From a virus (Duplodnaviria; Caudoviricetes), in the IMG/VR virus record IMGVR_UViG_2773857812_000003, positions 1 through 64,000 of that record: 64,000 bases of DNA; one strand, written 5' to 3'. Position 1 is the stretch's first letter; each line of letters begins with the position of its first letter. The notes beneath the pieces were generated by a model, which was not told the origin of the DNA, ran no database searches, and worked only from the letters and a program-made list of their open reading frames with translations. A program made the translations under genes and the position numbers. Below are positions 44,630 through 54,337 of the stretch, piece by piece.

Positions 44630-45213
44630 CCACTGACGAAGCCATCTGGCAATCTGCCCAGAATCTGTTGAGATCTTCCGAAAACCTCGACAAGCTCTGC
44701 GAGGCATTCAGTGTGATCGAATGCGACGAGAAGAAACTTGTTATAGAGCATTCTGATGAAGGTTCTCAGGATAGTGGATGGATATATCCGGTCTGGGAGG
44801 CTTATTACAAAGTCAGGCAGGCACCCAACGGGAAAAAGAAGGATGTCGGTTGGATAACTCTGGCCATCCAGCTTACCTGCGACGTTGGCGTTGAGGGCGA
44901 CTGGCAACACGGAAAACGCGCCAAGGTTCTTGCGGCGTATGCGCCGTCCAGAGATTTTGAGGACGCATGGGGGTTTGATAGCGAAGGCCCCAACTCGTCA
45001 GGCTATATCGAGGAGTGCGTCACCGACGAGTATCGCTGGCTTCACTCAGACGAGGTAAGCTGGCTTTTCGCAGTTCCCCTTGATGCCCTGATCAGCACGG
45101 ATGATGTGGAAAAATATATTACCACGCCGATGCGGCGACTTGTGGAAGGCGAAAACCCTGTTGAGGTGCTTGGAGCGATTCGCGAAAAGCTGTGTCTGCC
45201 GCCGCGCCCCTAA
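44626..45213 (+). CDS. Hypothetical acidic, Trp-rich protein
   Basis: ATGA coupling to upstream gene; 195 aa; lower GC. Confidence 0.7.
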   Translation: MTTDEAIWQSAQNLLRSSENLDKLCEAFSVIECDEKKLVIEHSDEGSQDSGWIYPVWEAYYKVRQAPNGKKKDVGWITLAIQLTCDVGVEGDWQHGKRAKVLAAYAPSRDFEDAWGFDSEGPNSSGYIEECVTDEYRWLHSDEVSWLFAVPLDALISTDDVEKYITTPMRRLVEGENPVEVLGAIREKLCLPPRP

Positions 45214-45347
45214 GCTATCGTCGCCGGATCGGGACATCGCGCCCGGTCCGGCAGACGACAGCCTGATCTGTGTCCGGTTTCGCGATTTGATTTCTGGTTC
45301 CAATTTCTTCGCCCCTCGCAGCCCTTTTTGCTGCTAACATAGGTCGA

Positions 45348-45908
45348 TCATTCTGCGACCGTCTCCACACCCTCAGCCATCTGATGCAAACGAGACGGAG
45401 GCAGCATCAATGCCTCCAACTCTGCCTGATCCGGGGTGACCGGCGCAAAATCCCACTGATCAACGCCGACATTCACCTGACCCTCGGCACCGCGCCAGCG
45501 GGTGTGGACATGACCGAAAAGCTGGATCGCTCCGGCCCGCGCGCCGTTCCAGGTGACCAGCGGATAGTGGCACAGGACAAAGCGGCGCTCTCCGATGCCT
45601 ATCTCGACCAGATCGTGAACCGATGCCCATGGCAGCGCGCGAACCAGCCAGTCGGGATCGTGATTGCCGCGCACCAGATGTTTCCGCCCCGGCAGCGCGG
45701 CAAAACCCGCCTGCGCGGCCATGCGTCCGGCGTCGGACTCGCAGGCGGCGAAGTCTCCGATGATCCACAGGTCGTCATCGGGTCCAACCACGCCGGCACG
45801 AGCAATCATCGCGGCGTCCATCGCCTCAACCGAGGCAAAGGGCCGGTCGAAGAAGCGCCGCACCGGGTCATCCGCGAAATGGGTGTCGGCAGTGAAGAAA
45901 TGGGCCAT
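45348..45908 (-). CDS. Calcineurin-like metallophosphoesterase
   Basis: ADTHF, GDF, GNHD, HYP, GHVH, NVGVD motifs; AGGAG RBS. Confidence 0.9.
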   Translation of the reverse strand: MAHFFTADTHFADDPVRRFFDRPFASVEAMDAAMIARAGVVGPDDDLWIIGDFAACESDAGRMAAQAGFAALPGRKHLVRGNHDPDWLVRALPWASVHDLVEIGIGERRFVLCHYPLVTWNGARAGAIQLFGHVHTRWRGAEGQVNVGVDQWDFAPVTPDQAELEALMLPPSRLHQMAEGVETVAE

Positions 45909-46238
45909 GCGTTCTCCTTGGGGCAGGGCGGGGTGGCGTAGGTACGGTAACCTGCATCGGGGGCGTTGCCATGCCAAGATGAGGTCGTAATGCACCCGTT
46001 TCCTGCGCCAAGGAGGTTATGGCGCTTTGAGCGTGCAGGAAACCGCATAGGCCCCGTTCTCCTGATGTGCACAATTGTGCTCATCTCGCCGTGGGACAGA
46101 CCGGAGCTTGCCGTGCGATGATCCCTGCGCAGCGAATCCCTGCCGCTTTTTGAAACTGTGAATCCGTGAACCGGGCCGGGCATGGTGCTGCGGTCGAGGC
46201 GTCTGGTGCTTCTCGCATGGCAATGCCCGGCCCGGTAT

Positions 46239-46481
46239 TCACCTGCAGGCCCGCGCCTGATCGCGCAGGACGGCGTAATCGCTCATCATCCGCACCAGCA
46301 CGGCTTCTTCCGGCATCGCCTCGACCTCGACCGCAGCGCGGGTCTGCTCGGCGGTGCTGTATTCCACCACCGGCGGGCAAGGGGCACTGTCAGAACCTGC
46401 CGTCGCGCAGCCGCTCAGCCAGAGCATCGCGATCAGGGGGGCGGCGGCTGGCGGCATCGAGCATCTGGCGGTGGATGGCAT
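46239..46481 (-). CDS. Putative o-spanin lipoprotein (start uncertain)
   Basis: LSGC lipobox; homolog of 1..243. Confidence 0.6.
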   Translation of the reverse strand: MPSTARCSMPPAAAPLIAMLWLSGCATAGSDSAPCPPVVEYSTAEQTRAAVEVEAMPEEAVLVRMMSDYAVLRDQARACR

Positions 46482-46635
46482 GGTTTCTCTCTCTGGCTTC
46501 AAGGCGTTCGGCGGCGCGCCCGGCACGCTCCCCGGCGCGGCGCAGATTCAGCAGGAACAGCAGGGTCGTCGCCGCTCCGAGGATCAGGCCCAGCGCCTTG
46601 CGCGCCGGGCCGCGGGTGAAGAGCCAGCCGATCAT
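46390..46635 (-). CDS. Putative i-spanin
   Basis: N-terminal TM plus coiled coil; C terminus matches 152..370. Confidence 0.6.
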   Translation of the reverse strand: MIGWLFTRGPARKALGLILGAATTLLFLLNLRRAGERAGRAAERLEARERNHAIHRQMLDAASRRPPDRDALAERLRDGRF

Positions 46636-47300
46636 CTCTGGCCCCGCTTCCAGTCGTCCAGCCGGGCGTAGATCGTCACGGCGATTCCCGCCAAAGCGAG
46701 GACGACGAAGATCCAGCGCAGGCCGTCGAGATAGGGCAGCAGCGGCAGGATCGCGCCCTGCGCCTCGGCCAGCGCGGATTGCACCACCTCGACGCCGGCC
46801 GCGCCGATGGTGCCGACGCCAGCCGCGCCGCTGCCCTTCAGGGTGCGGCTGTCGGCCAGATGCTCGCGGGCCGGGGGCTGGTCGGGCGCGAAGCTGCTCG
46901 CCCGCGCCGGGAAGGACTCGCCCCAGCTCCGCGCAGGACCAGTGTCGATATGGATGAAGTTTGAGCGCGGATAGGTGCCGATGCCCTTGAACCCCGCCTT
47001 GCGGGCGGCGGCGATGAAGGCGGCGGGATCGTGGTTCGCCATCGAGATGTCGAAGGCGGTGCCTTCAAGATGCTTCGAGGCCTTCGCGCCGCCGACATTG
47101 CGGTTATGCTCCGGGCTGCGATAGGCCGAATTCACGATCAGCGGCTTGCCGAGCGTCACGCGCAGTTCCTGCAGCCGGTTCAGTGCATCCTCGTTGACCA
47201 GCAGCTTGCCGGTGCCGCGGCAGGCGATCTCGGCGGGCGAGAAGTTCGGCCAGTGCCAAGCCGTCGCCGGCAGGTTCCGCCAGTGTTGATAAAACGTCAT
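46632..47300 (-). CDS. Endolysin, peptidase M15 family with C-terminal TM
   Basis: SAYRSPEHN, SKH...AFDI, FIHID zinc motifs. Confidence 0.85.
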   Translation of the reverse strand: MTFYQHWRNLPATAWHWPNFSPAEIACRGTGKLLVNEDALNRLQELRVTLGKPLIVNSAYRSPEHNRNVGGAKASKHLEGTAFDISMANHDPAAFIAAARKAGFKGIGTYPRSNFIHIDTGPARSWGESFPARASSFAPDQPPAREHLADSRTLKGSGAAGVGTIGAAGVEVVQSALAEAQGAILPLLPYLDGLRWIFVVLALAGIAVTIYARLDDWKRGQR

Positions 47301-47315
47301 GGGTCTCTCCAATGC

Positions 47316-47340
47316 AAAAAACCCCACCGAATTGGCGGGG
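47316..47340 (-). terminator. Terminator-like hairpin upstream of endolysin
   Basis: CCCCGCC-loop-GGTGGGG-TTTTTT on minus strand. Confidence 0.55.
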
Positions 47341-47369
47341 CGGGTGGGGATGCTTGGCTGGTTGGGCGG

Positions 47370-47624
47370 TCAGTCGCGGGCGGGTCCGCTGCGTTCCAGC
47401 AGGCGTTTGATGTCGGCGCGCATCTCGCGCAGCATCTCGTTCTGTTCCTTGCGGGTCTCGGAGATCGCCTGGCGGTCGGCGTCGAGCTGTTTTTCCAGCC
47501 GTTCGACCTCGCGCAGCGCGGTTTTGGAGGCGCCTTCGAGGCGGATCAGCCACACGCCCAGCCCGGTTGCCGCCATGATCGCGCCCCACCATTCGCGGAT
47601 CGTGTCCATGAAATTTTCTCCCAT
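47370..47624 (-). CDS. Small single-TM coiled-coil protein (holin-like candidate)
   Basis: Near-identical to 1095..1349. Confidence 0.6.
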   Translation of the reverse strand: MGENFMDTIREWWGAIMAATGLGVWLIRLEGASKTALREVERLEKQLDADRQAISETRKEQNEMLREMRADIKRLLERSGPARD

Positions 47625-47628
47625 GGGT

Positions 47629-48372
47629 TCAGCCCGGCGCGCCGCAGATCAGGTAATGGATGGCAATGCGCACCGCGCCGCCGGCAAAGTTTCCGCCATT
47701 GGCGGTGAGGCGCACGGGCGTGTCGGCATAGAAGGCCGTCGGGCCGATGACGCCGATATTGCTGCTGCCCACGGCCACGCCGAGCGAGCCGCCGAACTTC
47801 GAGGGCTCGCCGTTGACGCCGCAGTCGAAGGAGCTTGCGCCCAGCACCGCGGTCACGGTTCGTGCGGAAACGCCGAGCACGATGGCGCGGTTGGGGATGG
47901 CGATGGTGCTGTCGACCGAGGCACCGGAAAGCCCCGTGACGGTTTCTTCACGCACTGCGATACCAGTGGTTGCGCCATTTGCCTCCCGCGCCACCGCGAC
48001 GGCCGCGGCCTGCGCGATGAAGCCCATGGCATCCACAACCGGGATCCACGCCGATCCGGTCCAGACGATGGCCTGCGCCTCGTCCTCGATCCAGGCCATC
48101 CAGCCGGCGCTCGGCAGGATCCGCATCCAGGCGCCGTCGATCCAGTAGGCGATGGACCCCGCCCAGCCTGACCACGCACCACCCGCGCCGCTGGCGGGGA
48201 TATAGCGGTCGCCTTCGGCCGGGCTGGCTGGCGGCGTGGTCAGGTCGCGATCGAGGATCGCCAGCTGGACGATGCCGTCGAGCATGCGCAGCGCCTCGTT
48301 CAGGGTGACGTGCTTTTGCGCCTGTGCGGCCATGATGAAGGGCAGCGCCAGATGCGCTGTGGTCTCGGACAT
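47629..48372 (-). CDS. DUF2793-type tail accessory protein
   Basis: Homolog of 1354..2097. Confidence 0.85.
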   Translation of the reverse strand: MSETTAHLALPFIMAAQAQKHVTLNEALRMLDGIVQLAILDRDLTTPPASPAEGDRYIPASGAGGAWSGWAGSIAYWIDGAWMRILPSAGWMAWIEDEAQAIVWTGSAWIPVVDAMGFIAQAAAVAVAREANGATTGIAVREETVTGLSGASVDSTIAIPNRAIVLGVSARTVTAVLGASSFDCGVNGEPSKFGGSLGVAVGSSNIGVIGPTAFYADTPVRLTANGGNFAGGAVRIAIHYLICGAPG

Positions 48373-48386
48373 GGGTGGTCTCCTGA

Positions 48387-51300
48387 TCAGAACCAGAGGG
48401 TGGTGATGGGGGCAGCCCCGGCGCCGAATGCCTGCCCGATCTGAACAATGCGGACATCGAGTGAGGCACCCGGCCCGAGCGGCGCGCCCCAATCGGTGAT
48501 CTGCTGGGCAGCGGTGTAGACGGCGCTCGCTGTCGCAACGGTCAAGGATCTCTTGACGGTTGCCCCGTCGAGGATCTCGACCCGCCAGGACTCGCTGGCC
48601 TCGGTCATCGGCACCTCGGCGGCGTTCCAGCTATCGGCGGCCAGGGAACGGTCGCGACGCACCCAGCTTATGGTCAGATCGCCGGGGCTGCGCGCGCGCC
48701 GCCACGGCTGCTCGACATGCACGGGCGCGAAGGGCCGCAGCCCGATGCCGCGCGGCGTGAAGGTCAGCGCGGCGAAGCTGTCGTCGCTGACCGGACGGCC
48801 GGCCGGGCCGATGCGCCAGTTCCACGGCAGGCCCAGATCGGCCTCGGCGACAGGAAGCTCCGCCAGCGCCGTATCCAGCACCACCACCCGCGCGCCCTCG
48901 GGCACCATGGCGGCCATGTCGACATCCGTGCCGCGCTGACCACGCAGCAGGCGCGACAGCCGATAGCGGCCGGGGGCGATCAGTTCGGCGGTGCCGAATT
49001 GCAGGATCTCCCAGCCGCCGTGCGGCTGCGCGACCGCGATCGTGTTCTCGCCGCCGAACAGGCGCAGGTTGGTGACGCTCTCGAGGGTTCCTGACAGCAG
49101 GTCGAGATAGACCGAATTGCCGTAATCGAAGCGCGAGCCGGGGCCGGCATGGAGGTCGGCCACCAGAACGCCCATCCGCGCCCGGGCGCTGAATGTGGTC
49201 AGCAGGTCGAACCCATCCTGATCGGGGCTGCGGAACACCGCCATCCGGCCGGGCCATGGTCGGGCATGGGCGGCGATCAATGGACGATGCGCGACATGAT
49301 CCTCGGTCAGCTGCGGCAGGTCGAGGATCACCGCCAGCGGCGCCCCGAACACCACCGGCTGCGTCAGCGATGCCGGGGGCGGCGTGCCGGGCGGCAGGTC
49401 ATGGGCGTCCCGGTCCTGACGGATGGTTGTGAGGCCGCGCGCCTCGGCGTCGGCGATGGACAGGATCCGCAGCTCCGCGCGCCTTCCATCGTGGTCGAGC
49501 GCGATCACGTCGCTCGGATCCAGCGCCAGCCGCGATGGCGGCAGGCGGAAGGCGGCGGTTTCGCGCCCCACCCATGCTTCCATCAGCGCCCGGCGGCAGC
49601 GGCGGTCGGCTTCCTCGGGCGGCACCGCCACGGCGAAGCTGTCGGAGGCGACGCGCGTGGCGTCCACGGTGATGCGCCGCGCCTCGACGGTGATCGCGTC
49701 ATAATCCTCGTCTGCGCGCGCGACTTGCCATTTCAGCGCCTGCGGCAGCTCAGACTCCTGGCCGCGCGTCAGTTCCATCACCTCGCCCGCGCCGCTGGCC
49801 ACCATGTTGTCGGGCGCAATAGTCGCGACCGGGCTGCGGCCCCGCATCACGAAGCGGATGCGGCCTTCGCTCTCGACCGCATCGAAGCCGAAATGCCGCG
49901 CCAGCATGGTGATCGAGGTCCGCGGCGATTCCAGCGCCGAAATCACATAGCCTTCGACAGCCCCGGTCAGGCCGGAGGTGTCGATCCATTCCGGCCGAAG
50001 CCCCGCCCGCAGGCAGAGGTTCCGAACCAGCGCCGCCAGCGAGACCGCGCCCAGCCGCCCGGTCAGCCAGTGCCCGAGGCGCCAGTTGCCGCCGTCCGAC
50101 CACAGATCGGAAAGCTCGGGGAAGAACGGATAGGGTCGGGCATCCCAGGTCCAGGCCGCGCTGTTCGCGATATCGACCATGCGCCCGCCATATTCGGTCG
50201 AGATCGGGTTGTTCGCTGGATCGCGCCAGAACAGATATGTTGCTTCCAGATAGGCCCGCTGGATGGCGTCGTCGCGCCAGCCGCGCGAAAAGTGGGGAAA
50301 GAAGCTCTCCGAGGATTTCGGGTCGTGAAACACGTTCGGCTGGTTGGTGCCGCGATCCACGGCCGGGCAGCCGAGTTCGGTGAAGCGGATCGGCTTCGAT
50401 TGCGGGATCCATGCGGTCGACGATAATGCCGGAACTCCGCCGGGGCGGTTGCGGTGCTGATTGGACCACCATGCGTGGAGATCCTTGGTGCGGAAAATCC
50501 ATGGCTCGGTTGTTCCGGGCGGGATATCCATTGTGGCAGGGATTTCCACCGACCAGATCCGCAGATTGCTGACCAGTGACCCTGCCCATGGGCTGCTTGT
50601 CGTCAGCGCGCCACCCGGCACGGGGCCATTCGCGACCCCGTAGCCGCAGGCGGAATTCGCACCCCACAAGCCCGATACCGGCCCGCCGAAACCGACCCTG
50701 TCGCCCACCAGACCATCGACGGCGAACCACAATTCGCCGGTTTCCTGATCGAAAACCGTGATCAGATCGACCGTCCGCCCGGCAAGGGGAGCGGCGGAGA
50801 CTTGCGCGACACGGATCCGGTTCGTGGAGGGAAGCACGGCATTATGCTGGAAGAACAGGCGAAGATACCCGTCCATCAGACCGAACCACATCCCGCTCAG
50901 GCCGTTGCTGATCTCGTAGATCAGGCCGTCGGACAGGGTGGCCGGAATCTGTACCGTGCAGGCATGGGTGATGCTGTTGCTGCGCACCAGAACGGTGGTC
51001 GCAAAGGCCGAGCCGGGCGCAATATTGTAGTTCGGCGCGCTGCCCGGCATCGTGTCGATCACCTCGCCACCGGGACGGGGCGTGATGCTGTCCACGATCG
51101 GGGTTCTGTTCTGCACGATCCGGTCGACCTCGCTGGCATAGAACCAGTCGAAGCCTTCTCCTCCGGCGACGTTCGATTGCAGATAGGCGCGGTCATGGAT
51201 CGAGGGCCAGACCTGCGCGTCGAGATGGTCCCGGCCGTCGCGCCAGTCCGAGAGCGGCATGTAATTGTCGATGCCGATGAAATCGACATTGGCATCTGAC

Positions 51301-52949
51301 CAGAGCGGATCGAGGTGAAAGAACACGTCACCACTGCCGTCGCTCGGGTGGTGCCCGAAATATTCCGACCAGTCGGCGGCATAGCTGATCTTCGTGGCGG
51401 GCCCGAGGATCGCGCGCACGGCCGCGGCGAGATCGCGCAATGCCTGCACGGCCGGATAGCTCGCTGCCCCCGACCTGATCTGCGTCAGCCCGCGCATTTC
51501 CGAGCCGATCAGGAAGGTGTCGACGCCGCCGGCCGCCGCGCAGAGATGGGCGTAATGCAGGATCATGCGCCTGAAGCCCCAATCCGGGCCGCCGGTCCAG
51601 GTCACGCTGTCGCCCGATACGGCGAAATCCGAGGGCTGAGCGTCGCCGAAGAACGCTGTGACCTGCTCAGCGGTGGCACCGGTCTTGTCCACAGTGCCGG
51701 CGAAACCTGCCGCAGGCGAGCAGGTGATGCGCCCGCGCCACGGCAGCACCGGCTGGCCGATGCTGGCGGCATCATCGGAATACGGGTCGGGCAGGCTGTT
51801 ACCGGCCGGAATGTCCATCATCACGAACGGATAGAAGGTCACCTTCAGCCCGCGCGCCTTCATCTCGCGGATGGCCTGCACGACCGAGAAATCCGCTGGC
51901 GTGCCGCCATAGACGGGACGACCTTGATCGTCCTGGCTGACCACCAGCGCCTGCGATCGGGTGACGCCGTTCACGCGCCATTCCGGCACCGTCGTCTTTT
52001 CTGCCATCTCGACCTTGGGTCGGATCGTGCATTGCCCGGCGCGCAGATCGTCACCGAACCACGAGACCACCAGCGAGGCACTCGTGACCGAAGGCACCAT
52101 CGCCTCGAGCCGGTCTAGAGAAACCAGCATGTCAGGCGTCTCGGGCAGCGCATGGACATTTTCCGCGACGGACGTGCCGCCGACGATCTGCCCGCCGCTG
52201 CCCCAACTCGTGCGACCGCCTTCGGTCCTGCGCACGATCTCGGTCGCATAGGCCCATTCGCCCGAGGCGGGGATGATGGTCACCGCCTCGACCAGCCCCT
52301 CGGCGGTGTCGGGATCATCAAGCGGGCGGAACACCTCGAAGGACAGCTGCGGCAGGCGGTTGCCGAAATCGCTGAGCAGTAGGTCCTCGAACACCACATA
52401 GGCGGTGCCGCGATAGGCCGGTGTCTGCGAGTTGCCCATCTTCGCGGCAATGAACGGGTCGGCCCCTTGCACCTCGTCGCCCGGATACCAGCGCAGGGTG
52501 ATCGCGGAGGTGTCGAGTGGCTTGCCATCAGCCCAGATGCGCCCGATGCCGGTGATCGGCCCCTCGCACAAGGCCACCGCGAATGAGGCGAAATAGCTGT
52601 ATTCGGTGCTGGTGACGCTCGGCCCGCCGCCTTTGCCGCCGCCTTGGCGGGTGGTGTTCACCTCCTCGCGGAAATCGGTGGCCCAGATGATATTGCCGCC
52701 GATGCGCATCCGGCCATGGAGGCGCGGGATCACCACGCCCTCGGTCGCCGAGGTGACGCGCAGGCTGTCCATGCGCGCGCCTTCGATGCGCTGACCCGGC
52801 ATCATCGACGAGACGATCCAGCTATCGACCATCGAGCCGATGCCGGAGCCGATCATCCCGCCGATGGCTGCGCTGGAGAGGCCGAGGATGGTGCCGCCGA
52901 AGCCGCCGCCGATGGCGGTGCCGACCGCGCCGAGAACAATTGTCGCCAT
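48387..52949 (-). CDS. Baseplate megatron / host-specificity protein with inserted domain
   Basis: Homolog of 2112..6626, 1520 aa. Confidence 0.92.
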   Translation of the reverse strand: MATIVLGAVGTAIGGGFGGTILGLSSAAIGGMIGSGIGSMVDSWIVSSMMPGQRIEGARMDSLRVTSATEGVVIPRLHGRMRIGGNIIWATDFREEVNTTRQGGGKGGGPSVTSTEYSYFASFAVALCEGPITGIGRIWADGKPLDTSAITLRWYPGDEVQGADPFIAAKMGNSQTPAYRGTAYVVFEDLLLSDFGNRLPQLSFEVFRPLDDPDTAEGLVEAVTIIPASGEWAYATEIVRRTEGGRTSWGSGGQIVGGTSVAENVHALPETPDMLVSLDRLEAMVPSVTSASLVVSWFGDDLRAGQCTIRPKVEMAEKTTVPEWRVNGVTRSQALVVSQDDQGRPVYGGTPADFSVVQAIREMKARGLKVTFYPFVMMDIPAGNSLPDPYSDDAASIGQPVLPWRGRITCSPAAGFAGTVDKTGATAEQVTAFFGDAQPSDFAVSGDSVTWTGGPDWGFRRMILHYAHLCAAAGGVDTFLIGSEMRGLTQIRSGAASYPAVQALRDLAAAVRAILGPATKISYAADWSEYFGHHPSDGSGDVFFHLDPLWSDANVDFIGIDNYMPLSDWRDGRDHLDAQVWPSIHDRAYLQSNVAGGEGFDWFYASEVDRIVQNRTPIVDSITPRPGGEVIDTMPGSAPNYNIAPGSAFATTVLVRSNSITHACTVQIPATLSDGLIYEISNGLSGMWFGLMDGYLRLFFQHNAVLPSTNRIRVAQVSAAPLAGRTVDLITVFDQETGELWFAVDGLVGDRVGFGGPVSGLWGANSACGYGVANGPVPGGALTTSSPWAGSLVSNLRIWSVEIPATMDIPPGTTEPWIFRTKDLHAWWSNQHRNRPGGVPALSSTAWIPQSKPIRFTELGCPAVDRGTNQPNVFHDPKSSESFFPHFSRGWRDDAIQRAYLEATYLFWRDPANNPISTEYGGRMVDIANSAAWTWDARPYPFFPELSDLWSDGGNWRLGHWLTGRLGAVSLAALVRNLCLRAGLRPEWIDTSGLTGAVEGYVISALESPRTSITMLARHFGFDAVESEGRIRFVMRGRSPVATIAPDNMVASGAGEVMELTRGQESELPQALKWQVARADEDYDAITVEARRITVDATRVASDSFAVAVPPEEADRRCRRALMEAWVGRETAAFRLPPSRLALDPSDVIALDHDGRRAELRILSIADAEARGLTTIRQDRDAHDLPPGTPPPASLTQPVVFGAPLAVILDLPQLTEDHVAHRPLIAAHARPWPGRMAVFRSPDQDGFDLLTTFSARARMGVLVADLHAGPGSRFDYGNSVYLDLLSGTLESVTNLRLFGGENTIAVAQPHGGWEILQFGTAELIAPGRYRLSRLLRGQRGTDVDMAAMVPEGARVVVLDTALAELPVAEADLGLPWNWRIGPAGRPVSDDSFAALTFTPRGIGLRPFAPVHVEQPWRRARSPGDLTISWVRRDRSLAADSWNAAEVPMTEASESWRVEILDGATVKRSLTVATASAVYTAAQQITDWGAPLGPGASLDVRIVQIGQAFGAGAAPITTLWF

Positions 52950-52952
52950 GGA

Positions 52953-53453
52953 TCAGGTCTTTTTCTTGTGCGAGGCGGGAGCCGGACGCGGGAATAGAAA
53001 CGCGAAGGCGATGCGCCGCCGCCAGGCGGTGGTGAGCGGTTCCTCGATCACGCCGAGCCGCTCATAACTGTGGATGAAGCTGCCGTCGCCGGTCAGGATG
53101 CCGACATGCTTGACGATGGCGCCCGCGCGCATGCGAAACAGCACCACCGCGCCGGGACCGGCCGTCTCGGGGTCGATGCGGATCAGCACCCGGCCGGCAT
53201 TCTCGGCCAGAACCTCGCGCGTGCCGATCTCGCCCCAATCGCGGCTGTAGGGTGGCACCGGCAGCGTCTCGCTTCCGACCACCTCGCGCCAGACGCCGCG
53301 CGCCAGCCCGAGGCAGTCGCAGCCGGCGCCCCGGACGCTGGCCTGGTCGTGATAGGGCGTGCCGAGCCAGCCGCGCGCGGCGGCGATCACCCGCACCGGA
53401 TCGGCGGGCCGGGCATCAGATGTTGCATGCGGTGCAACATGTGCCGCGCCCAT
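52953..53453 (-). CDS. NlpC/P60 phage peptidase
   Basis: WLGTPYHDQAS, CDCLGL. Confidence 0.9.
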   Translation of the reverse strand: MGAAHVAPHATSDARPADPVRVIAAARGWLGTPYHDQASVRGAGCDCLGLARGVWREVVGSETLPVPPYSRDWGEIGTREVLAENAGRVLIRIDPETAGPGAVVLFRMRAGAIVKHVGILTGDGSFIHSYERLGVIEEPLTTAWRRRIAFAFLFPRPAPASHKKKT

Positions 53454-54337
53454 CACAGCACCGCCCCTTCGTGCCCACCGTCCTGGCTCGCGTATCGAAC
53501 CACAGTGTCTTGCCCCGGAATGTGCGGGAAGCCACGGAAGTTGAGAATGTTCGAGAACTTCGCCGCGCAGGTCTCGGCGCGCTTGTCGCAGCCGGCGCGG
53601 ATGGTGAAGACATCGCCGCTGGTGATCACCCGTACCGGCGCCTCCAGCAGGGTGATGGTGACCACGCCAGAGGCGACCTCGTGCAGCATGATCTCTTCGC
53701 GGCGACCGGAATTGCCTCCGGATGTCCATTCCAGCACCCCGAAGGCAAACCAGCCATTGGCGAAGCCACTGATCCCGGAGGCGGTGAAGACCCGGTCGCG
53801 GACCTTATCAAGCACCGCGCCGGCCCCGGAATAGGCCGCGTCGTTCAGATCGATGCCGCACCGTTCGTCCCCCAGCGCCGCATCGCAGGTGCCCTGAAAC
53901 ACCCGGCCGACGGTCTGGCCCAGCACATGCGCCATGCTGCGCACCTCGGCCACAAAACTCATGCGACCACGCCGCAACTCGCCGATCGCGCCACGCCGGA
54001 TCAGCACCCGCTGGCCTGGGGCGCTCCAGTTCACCCGCCAGACCTCGACCAGCGCATTGTCCCAACGCCCGTCCAGAATATCGGTCTCGGTGATCCGGTC
54101 CGAGGTGAGCGCGCCCTCGGCGTCCTGCGAATCCACCGACAGGTCGGAGCCAGATCGGATTTCCGAGGCCGACAGCCCGCTTTCCGGCTCGAAACCGGTA
54201 CCGGCGAAGGAAAGCGCTCGATCATGATCGGTGAAGCCGAAACTCACGCCATCGGATCGGGTGATCTTCCAGCACCAGGCCAGCGTCGTCGTGCCGCTGT
54301 CGAGGTGGGCCTGCAGGGCAGGGGAGAGGGATTTCAT
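53453..54337 (-). CDS. Baseplate hub (DUF2163)
   Basis: Homolog of 7130..8014. Confidence 0.9.
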   Translation of the reverse strand: MKSLSPALQAHLDSGTTTLAWCWKITRSDGVSFGFTDHDRALSFAGTGFEPESGLSASEIRSGSDLSVDSQDAEGALTSDRITETDILDGRWDNALVEVWRVNWSAPGQRVLIRRGAIGELRRGRMSFVAEVRSMAHVLGQTVGRVFQGTCDAALGDERCGIDLNDAAYSGAGAVLDKVRDRVFTASGISGFANGWFAFGVLEWTSGGNSGRREEIMLHEVASGVVTITLLEAPVRVITSGDVFTIRAGCDKRAETCAAKFSNILNFRGFPHIPGQDTVVRYASQDGGHEGAVL

